A stretch of DNA of 64,000 nucleotides from Eledone cirrhosa (Eukaryota): contig OZ024740.1 in the NCBI GenBank assembly GCA_964016885.1, positions 308,264,001-308,328,000 on the forward strand. Reading direction: 5' to 3'. The notes under the pieces were generated by a model. That model was not told where the DNA came from and did not search any database. It saw only the letters and a list, made by a program, of their open reading frames with translations. Both the position numbers and the translations under genes were made by a program. Shown here one piece after another: positions 54,680 to 64,000 of the stretch. Position 1 is the first letter of the stretch; every line of letters starts with the position of its first letter.

Positions 54680-56319
54680 GGAGAGAAAGAGAAGGAGACA
54701 GAGAAGGAAAATGGAAGAGAGTGAGAGATGATGGTGTTGTTGAATGAAATTATAACAGGTGACTTCAAAGAATCGAATACAGCATTTCTGTATCTATGTG
54801 TGAAGCGAATATTTCCTGCTAAATTGGAAGGGTTTCTAAGTGTGTGTGTGTATGTGTATGCGTGCGTGAGTGCGTGCGTGTGTCTGTGACCAGTGTATAT
54901 AGGTTACAGACACACACACATGCACACACATATACACGCACACAGACACACACACATTTATACATGTCTGTGTATATATCTAATTATTTAAAAATTAAAT
55001 TTAAGTGAACATGATTTTTTAAAAATATCTTTAAGCGAACATCACCCAACGGGCCACATGTGTTCTAGTCTATATAAAAACGTGAAAGTTGTGTTCCGTG
55101 TATTATGTAGATGAATGGTTGTGTCTGAATCTATAAATAAATCAAAGTTTGTGTACACTTAACAAGAATCCTACTTTCCTCCCCCAACTTTAATATTCTC
55201 TTGTATTCTATTCATCCTTTAACTATCTCGAATCAGTACCGAATTTCAATATGGTCCAAGTAATATGACCCAGAACCTCATAGTTCAGTGAGCCTATTCC
55301 ATTTAAAATATATATTGACGGCGCATTTGATGATTTTATTGTTGCATGGCTCTCAGAACAAGATATAGTTAGTCTTGATGGAGCTATGACATTTTAGTGT
55401 TATCGGGCTGTGCTTCATCACTGTCTGTAAAGTCAGATTGTGGTATTGATCTGTTATATAGTTACTTTCTCATGTACTCCTCACTGTGACGAATCCATGC
55501 TCGCATAAATCAGCATAGGATTAAAGAAGCTGGTCAGCTATTTTACTAGCCCAGAACTATTGACACCAAAGCGGCTAAATATTTTAGTTTATCATCAATT
55601 CAACCCTCGGTATGTTTCCCATGCTGGTCAATGTACTCATATGATCAGAAATGTTTCCCCTAGCGACGGATTTCCGATTGAGCGGTTTCTGATACTTTTT
55701 TTTTTATCTGAAAGACAGTATGGTTGAGTTTATCTTGAATTACTTTGATGATAATCTATTTTTGTAAGTGTAGAGGACATCCGTACATCAATACATTGAA
55801 TATGACTGGGAAATATAAGTGTTCAGTAAAAATAATAAAAAATAAATAGAGTTGTGAAGATAATTCTATGTACAGGAAGGATATTCTCTCAATCTGGTTG
55901 GATGAACCGCAGTTGATTTGTGCTTGGATTCGGTGAACTTTTTCGACACGATAAATAAGCGTTATTCTTTTTTTTTATCTCGGCTTCCACAAAAACATTT
56001 CTCATACATAAGATGGGAAGTTCACATCAGAGTCACTGCAGTTATTAATGACATGTTGATGTTGTTGAAGTTCTTATCATTTCATTGTAATGGAAATGAA
56101 TAAAAAAGGAGATACTAGACAACACGTGAGAACTCTTCTACGAACAAAGGAAGAATTGGACTAATCAAAAGTTAGCAAGGCCATCCAAAGCCCGCAAATG
56201 TAATTGATCACGTCAGTTAACTTATACAGTTCAATATTAGAATTCGTATCAAACATATTTGACAGATTCTGCTGCACTTCGGGCTGAGGAGGGTAAACTC
56301 TCCAAGTATCGTCGCTCTC

Positions 56320-56510
56320 CGACAGGTTTGCAGTCGAGCCCCTAGCAGTGGAAACTTCTGGTGTCCTTGACCTTAGGGCTACCTCCCTACTTACCACCAT
56401 AGGCGCTGAGCTGGTCAGCCGCAGGTATGAGCCTCGCGAGATGGAATGACTCTTCCAGCGCATCTCCCTTACCATCCTCCGGGTAAACGCCTTCTCCATT
56501 CTGTCCGCCG
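56320..56510 (+). mobile_element. CRE-like non-LTR fragment
   Basis: DRFAVEPLAVETSGVL...E*LFQRISLTILRVNAFSIL on +. Confidence 0.7.
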
Positions 56511-57555
56511 GGGCCGTTGGGCGGCCAGCACGTGAGACCCCATTTGCTCATAATAGAGAGAGATGGGGGATGGCGAGAGAGATGGAATCGATGACAGTGG
56601 GTGTTCGGCTCTTCTGTATTCGGACCTGGTGTGCAGCGTCAGTTGTCCGTAAGGAGGTAGTGATTCATAATTACTTATAACTAGTCTTATTTTTTCCTCG
56701 TATATACTACATATATCTAGGAAACCTATCGATCAAACATACTCTCTATCTCAGTGTTCTCTTTCTTATTTTATATCACAAGAAAATACCACTTCCTCTG
56801 TCGTTGACTAAAAATGCCAGAAGAAAGCAGACAGTAAGAAAAACATTAAAACAACAATGAAATTGCTGCAGAGGTAATGAACGAGTCCTCTGTTAGAGAT
56901 AGATCTAAAATGAATTAATTTATCCTAGCGAGGGATTCTCTTGAAGCTAACCTTGATAAGTGAGCAAGACTGTATAGAAATGTAGCCTGAACGTTTCATT
57001 TCTGGTGAACCCAGAAACATTTAGGGATCAAATTCAAAATGATATCAAAATTCTGATGTAAGAGTACATATAGGATGTTGACCTTTGTCAAGCTGAGGAA
57101 CTTTTGTACTTTCATATATACTCGTATGTCAAACACACCCAATTTGAGATGGGATATGTCAGTCATCAAGATATGTATATTATAATCAAGGAGAAAATTC
57201 AGACAACTTTTCCAAGTATAGAAACTGTTCAGCATAAATTCGGATAAACTGGGGCTTCTTAATTTCAAAGACATACTTGACGAGTTTACAAGCAAGAAAT
57301 CTCATTCTGATTTTGTGAGTGTGAAAATAAAATAGTGATGAAACATGGCATTTTGTTAAAATGTTATAATTGTTAAAACATTTCTATTTCTTTGGTTGTC
57401 ACCTATATTTAGGTGGTTGGTATGGATTGATGTTTGAATCTTAGTATCGAGCAGATTCTGGGGACCCTAAATGTTACCGAGTTCAGTGACTCTAAGGTGC
57501 TTTAATTCAGCTCTGCATCGAATACTGTTTTTTCGATTTATAAAAAACTTTCAAC

Positions 57556-57556
<1 letters not shown>

Positions 57557-57586
<30 letters not shown>

Positions 57587-57895
57587 CTTCTTCTTCTTCT
57601 TCTTCTTCTTCTTCTTCTTCTTCTTCTTCTTCTTCTTCTTCTTCTTCCTGAGACGGTCTTGGGGGCAGAGTCCTCAAACACCAGTGGGTCCTGACAGAAG
57701 CAACCATCTCCAACTGATCCGGCTGGATCCCAAAGAGAGACCAGCCAACCATCTTACTCAGAGTCTACCCCTGGGTCTCCCGCCGGTTGGTTTTGCCTAT
57801 AAAATCTGTCCAGCGATTCTTTCTTTCGACATTCTAACCACATGTCCGTAGTATCGGGGTTGTGATCTCTCAATTCGGAGAAGTAGTGGCTCTAC
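57557..57895 (-). mobile_element. RTE-like LINE 3' end with (GAA)n tail
   Basis: Homology to 44535-44770; (TTC)n on + at 57557-57647. Confidence 0.75.
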
Positions 57896-57921
57896 CTATT
57901 ATAATGTCTTGATTACAGTAA

Positions 57922-58131
57922 TTGGTATGGTATGGTTTGGTATGGTTTGGTATGGTTTGGTATGGTTTGGTATGGTATGGTATGCTATGGTATTGTATGG
58001 TATGGTTTAGTGTGGTGTGGTATGGTATTATATGGTATGGTATTATATGGTATGGTTTGGTATGGTGTGGTATGGTATTATATGGTATGGTATGATATGT
58101 TATGGTATTACATGATATGGTATGGTATGGT
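57922..58131. repeat. (TATGG)n pentanucleotide repeat
   Basis: Direct observation. Confidence 0.9.
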
Positions 58132-59988
58132 CCCGCAACTCCTGATGGAGTCGTACGAGTGCCGTAGTGGCATACGGTGTTTCTTGGGTATTTTTGTTTT
58201 CAGCCTGGTGGAGTCCATCCCTCTCCAGAGCTAAATACACCAAATTTCTTCCAGAGAAAGATAGAAAGTGAGAGAGAAGTGAGAAAGAGATATAGAGGAA
58301 GTATCGAGCCCTCCAGTATTAGACTGGTACTTTTTTTATCAACCTCTAAAGGATGAAATGCAAAGTGGACCTCGGCAGGATTTGAGAACAGTAAGCCGGA
58401 AAGGATACTTCAAAACACTCTATCCAACCTTCTAACGCTCTGCCAATTTATCGCCCTTATAGTAATTATGAATATAATAATTATCCTCGTTAACACATTA
58501 TTCTATTTTATTTGCTTTACAAGCATACATGTCATTATTTTCATTATTATTTTTTCCTTCAATAATGTCATGTGAGATTCTACTGCATCACCTGATGCAC
58601 ATCCGCGTTCCTGGAGCGTGTGCTGTGTCGTGTTCTTATTTTTGTTGGGGTTGGAGAGTATAGGACTCATCCTGTTATTGTATTATTGTATCGGTTTTGT
58701 TGCTTCTTGTGTTATTTTAGCATGTATTCTGGTATATATGTGGTGTGTAAGATGAGTTGTGCTATTTTATTGGGTATTAATCTTGTACAGTATATATTGT
58801 GTAAATTCTTTTGTCTTACTATAGAAGGTGCTTATTGTATAGGATGTGTGTTGTGTGAAGATTGTTCTATTTGAGCTGTGCTACTGAATTGATGTCTTGC
58901 GTAGGCTGTTCCTAGCAGAGGTATCTTTTACATAGCATGTAGTTTTGTGAACCCCGGCATAGCTTCTATGTTTTTGTTCATATTCTTTATCATACCCAGC
59001 TCTGTCCTACACAATCTTATTGTTGTGTGTTCACAAAAACAAGAGGGTGTAGGACAGAACAAAGGAGAGGCACAAAATAATAAATTAGTCACTGAATGTG
59101 TGACGAAAAAGCTTTGACAATAAATAAACAACCATCCGGTTATTAAACCAACCAACTGGAAATTTGTAATAGATTGAAGTGAAAACCAACAAATGTATGC
59201 GTTTTATTGGCATATAAAATATTTCTTTCAACACGGGTTTTCAGATAACAAATCCTGCAAAATAAATACAAAAATGAAGTGTGTATATATATATATTTCA
59301 TCACTAATTATCATCACTAATTATTCTAAAAATAGTCTATAGCCTCTATTAATGTATCTTGAGTTATATGTTTCTTAATAAATTAGACCTTCTCTTAGTT
59401 ATTGATATATTTATTACTGAATTAAACTATCATAATTTTTGTATTGTTTTTCTTAATGTTAATTTTATAATTTTTATAACTTCAATTAATAAGTATTATT
59501 GAACTTATATGCTCTAGTTGTATACCTATAACTTTAATTTGGTGAGTAGTATTAGTGTGTAATAGTTACGGTGGATTGGCAGTATCGGTAGAGGGTTAGA
59601 CACCATGCTTTCCAGCATAGTTACGTCCCTTTACGATCTGAGTTCAAATCCCGCCGAGGTTGACTTTGCCTTTCATCCTTACGGGGTCAATAAAATAAAG
59701 TACCAGTAATGCACTGGGTAATTGCTGGCCTTGTGCCTAAAGTAGAAACAGTTATATCTTTATTACTAATACATTTTTAGTTGCGTATTTAGACTTCCAT
59801 AAAATGTTAACATTTTCCTAACAGTACTTGAATTTTTTTTACATTTTTGGACTTCTCTGATTGTCTTATGGACATGTGTTGGTAAATATTAATGAAGAGA
59901 TAATATAGCAGGATTGAATATTCCTGTTATTTTAATCGGAACGTTCCTCAATCAATTAAATCGTTTAATTTAAATCCTGATTATTCTT

Positions 59989-60019
<31 letters not shown>

Positions 60020-60024
<5 letters not shown>

Positions 60025-60134
60025 AAAAGAGTCAGGACCCCGATGGAGACCCTATTACCCACTCTACTACCCTAAGTATCGAGTACTCTGGTGCGTTATG
60101 GTCCACCTGGTTCCTTACCACACTTCCTTCGTTA
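60020..60134 (+). mobile_element. Family A insertion with short inverted arm
   Basis: ataggaa..gaccccga, then cctattacccactc...ttccttcgtta. Confidence 0.75.
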
Positions 60135-60136
60135 TC

Positions 60137-61756
60137 TCTATATATATAAAACGGAAGATGTCTGTCTGTGTGTGTGTATGATTTTTATGCATTTCCACAT
60201 TTCTCTACCGATTTTGATGATTCTTTTCCAATGTGCTCCAAATTTACCAAGGATGGTCACCGCGTAATAAACTTTGCCAAAAATGTCCTGCTTCTATGAA
60301 AAAAATCGATTAAACTAAATACATGCTGTAACCCTCTCTCTTACACGCTTATTCACTCTCACTACTACCCTAAAAAAATCTATGAAACTACATACATGTT
60401 GTAACTCTCTCTCTATAAGAGAGAAAGGGAGATGTAGAGAGAGAGAGAGTGGGACAGGTCGTTATACAGAGAGAGGTACAAGATAATCAGATAGAGAGAC
60501 AGAGAGACAGAGAGAGAATGGCGACGAACGCTGGTTCACACACAAACACATATATATATATAAAGACAGAGAGAGAGAGATCTGCGCGTTCTTTATTGTT
60601 CTCCATTCTGTAGAGGAAGAGAGAGAGAGGGGGGTGTGAGTGAGAGAGAGAGAGAAAGAAAGAGAGAGAGGGTATGAGAAAAAAAAGGAGAGGGGTTGAG
60701 AAAGAAAGAAAGTTTAAACAAAGAATCGCTGCTTTCAACATTAACGGGATCTTCTGAAACTAAAAAATTCAATCTATGAACGCAGAATTAAATATTTCGA
60801 TAAACATTGCAACCGAAGGAAAACAGGAAGACGATATTTTGGTTCGTGAAGACGTTCCCTGGTAATGAACGGAAAAAAAAGCGAGGATAATACGTCGTTA
60901 TGTGGACTGAGAAGAACAATTTTATGCAAAGACAAGACCAAGTTTATGGTGTAAACGGAGTCGTTAGACTAATATTCTATTTAAAATAACCGAATCATTT
61001 CCAGCCCCGGAGTTTAAGAATGATGTAAATAAAATTGTAAACGAAATGACAGAGGTTATTAAAATAGTTGTTTCTACTTTTGGCACAAGGCCAGCAATTA
61101 CCCAGTACATTGCTGGTACTTCATTTTTTCGACCCCGTAAGGATGAAAGGCAAAGTTAACCTCGACAGGATTTTAACTTTGCTTTAAAATGGTAAAAGTA
61201 AATAGTGAAGATTTAGGCCAGTATATACGTATGCGCCGACGGACATACACATACATATACATACGCACACACAAATACATACACACACACACAAACACAT
61301 ACACGCGCGCGCGCGCATGTGTGTGTAAACCTTATGCATTTCTACAGTATTTTCACCAAACTTAAGACATAGGTTACTTATGTACTCCGGATGGTCATGG
61401 GCACTTTCATTTTTCCAGATATTGATTATAGGGCCTCCCAGCAGATAGCCCCCTTCAACCACTTCGTTGGAGTCGACTGAAGCACTGCCGTGCAATGCAA
61501 CAAAACGTCATAACTTCTGGAGTTCGCAACCGATTTTCACAAAACTTGACACATGGGCTACGTTTGTTCTACAGATGAATGTGAACTCTCAGAATTGGCA
61601 CATATTGAGTAGGGGACCGCTGGGGGCAGCAACCCCCTTTTGGAAAAAGCCGATGATTTTGTAAAAGTATAGTTTTCGAAGCAGCACTGAAGTATTGACA
61701 TAAATGGTATACATAACTGCTATTTAATACCCGAGCAACATCGGGTACCTCTGCTA

Positions 61757-61757
<1 letters not shown>
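60137..61757 (+). mobile_element. Non-autonomous Helitron (possibly composite) with nested SINE
   Basis: tctatatatataaaac 5' end; cccgagcaacatcggg..CTAG|T 3' end. Confidence 0.6.
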
Positions 61758-61796
<39 letters not shown>

Positions 61797-61959
61797 CAGA
61801 AATATAGAGAAGGTCATATGAAAGTAAGCTAGCTGGTCCCCGTATCGAGGCCGCTTAGCTCAATGACAACAGGCTAAATACTGGCCCCCTCGTATCGAAA
61901 ATCTTGGAAGCTGCTTGTTTTACATATGATTTATTCAAAAGTAAAAAACAAACCTTATT

Positions 61960-62420
61960 TAGTAAGAAAAAATAAAAAGGGGAAACAAAAGGAAAGAAAG
62001 AATAGGGAAATATAGAAAAAAAAGAGAAAGAAAGAAGAAAAAGAACGGGAAAGGCAGGGGGTGACAAGAGCTCTAGTGTCGCAGAAGAGAGGGGCGGGGT
62101 GAAGGAGGGGGTGATTGGGTTTTGGGCCTAGGACAAGGGAGTAGGAGTGCTGCGCAGCGCAGACAAGACGACAAAAGCATTCCCCCGGACGATGGCCAGG
62201 GACACCCGCTGCAAAGGTATTTCTGCGGATAATAGCCAGCGATACCCGCTGCAACAGCCACCCCACCTCGAGGTGCATCTTCCTCAGACGGGCTGCTGAC
62301 GTTCCGATTTTACGATGGAGCTCGACTGTACTGGATCCGAGGATGCCTGAGGTCTCGATAAATTTTATATAACTAGTGTGACGTGCGAATGTTTTGGGAA
62401 TGGTATCACTCCGATCAACA
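61960..62420 (-). mobile_element. CRE-like non-LTR fragment
   Basis: IETSGILG..ELHRKIG..GWLLQRVSLAIIR.N plus the shared 3' UTR. Confidence 0.7.
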
Positions 62421-62614
62421 TTGTTTCCAGTAACTACTAAACTATCCATTTTTGTTATTGACATTAGTAAAACAAAATGACATAAATAACATTAATATTT
62501 TGAAGCTGAAGAAAATAAAAACAATGCATGAACTCTCAGAAGCTGCTACAGAGAAAGGCGTTTCGACATTCATTGAAACTCTACTGAGAATTTTATACTG
62601 ATCAACGTTTAAAC

Positions 62615-62907
62615 CAGAAGTTCTCAAAGTGGGGGCGCTGAGAAGGTCCAAGGAGCTGCTGCGACCTAAGGGTGCGGTAGAGATGATATAATAGTATATT
62701 AAATATCAAATGATACATATAGTAAAATATAAATATATATCATATTTATTTATACATTGTATATATTATATTATTTATTATATATAAAATTACGATTTTA
62801 TTTATTTTATATTATTTACAATTTGATTGCAGGTCTCTCTGGAAATAAGGTTAGGGGCGCTGATGGTAGTATGTGGCCGTGGGGGGCTGAAAGTTTGAGA
62901 ACCTCTG
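62615..62907. mobile_element. hAT (Charlie-like) MITE
   Basis: TIR cagaagttctcaaa / tttgagaacctctg; TSD gtttaaac / ctttaaat. Confidence 0.7.
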
Positions 62908-63097
62908 CTTTAAATGGACACCAAGGAAGCCCTTATGCAGTCGCTCGATCTGATAGAAAGGACCAAATTTCCTTTAAATATCACACTTCAGGAAGAAATG
63001 ACTCAGATAATATAGTCAGATATAGAAACAGTGAACTTAGGCTTATTTGACGAAGGATTAAACAATATAGAATTGGTAAACGTGTGCCAATACTTAC

Positions 63098-63137
63098 TTG
63101 CCAATACTCCAACAGTAAAAAGGAATACTCTCTCCAT
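63098..63137 (-). CDS. Metallopeptidase exon 1 (start and signal peptide), MERVFLFTVGVLA
   Basis: gtcATGG start context; gtaagt donor; phase 1 joins exon 2 to give MERVFLFTVGVLASVHA, a signal peptide with a VHA cleavage site. Confidence 0.7.
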
Positions 63138-63606
63138 GACTAAATAATCCTGTCTAGAATATCGTTCCCAGTTACAGTAATAAATATCAATAAAACTACG
63201 TGAATGACCAGCTGTTCTTGGGAAAGTTTAGCCCCCCTAACATCTGCATAATTAATTTTATCGTTTCTGATAACATCACAGAAAATGACCCTTGTGAATG
63301 ATATTGCTGGAAAGTGTGGTAATTACTGTTGCTGGTTATGTATTTGGTTAGTTGTCCCCTACCTCCGTCATGTCTACACTGATCGAACACACCTATGACC
63401 ATCTCATCGTTTTCATATGTGCAAGGAACCCAAACCAATATTATTGAACATGTTCGTTTCAAATAAGGTTAATTTGTGAGGGGGGGGGGGGCATTTGGTT
63501 GATATTTATTGTAGATCGAGGAATCACACACACACGCACAAACACAAACACTCACACACACATACACAAACACACTCACACACGCACACACACACATATA
63601 TATATA

Positions 63607-63657
<51 letters not shown>

Positions 63658-64000
63658 AAGTTAGTCCTTCATCAGTGATCTTCCAACCATCATTGGTATT
63701 TCATCGCTTTAAAGACCATATACCTCCGGTGGGTGCGAGCAACGGCTAAAAAAGTCGTTGGGACACGTAAATAAAGGGGACACGAGAATGTAAACAAACA
63801 AAGATGGTGAAATATATATATATATTCATTTTATTATGGCTAAATAGGGAGTCTTGTATACTTTGGAGTTTCGCCTGTTTATCTCAGGGTCATCCGACAA
63901 GTTATGATTCGTTCACATGTAACTTCGTACGCAACTGAAGGTGTCAAAGTCTGACAATCTTACAAAAGTGCAAGCAATTTCTGCCAACCATATCGTTAGT

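Noticed and set aside
57507-57752. Poly-Glu / poly-Phe ORFs
   Set aside because: This is the (GAA)n tail of an RTE-like LINE

Overview
This is an AT-rich, microsatellite-dense animal genomic window. The SINE and microsatellite complement suggests a cephalopod/octopus (inference). It holds two convergent spliced genes. The first is the last 7 coding exons of oligosaccharyltransferase STT3A on + (1-8346). The second is a complete 7-exon gene on - (63137 to 17866) that the ORF track shows only as two fragments. I assembled it by hand from GT-AG splice sites: it encodes a 297-aa secreted HExxH...E zinc metallopeptidase resembling bacterial anthrax-LF/MtfA-type gluzincins. Its introns are packed with mobile DNA: two Penelope-like (Naiad-type) RT/GIY-YIG retroelements, Helitron pieces, hAT MITEs, CRE/RTE/CR1 LINE fragments and SINEs. 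The most striking hidden layer is a set of hammerhead ribozymes: five with intact cores (one motif with a ~114-nt stem II present as two inverted copies), one lacking N7, and some degenerate or partial ones. Alongside them are several sequence-unrelated short 'hairpin-plus-tail' insertions in (TA)n tracts that share the 5'-inverted architecture of the full-length Penelope-like element. All coordinates were counted by eye, and repeat boundaries are approximate.
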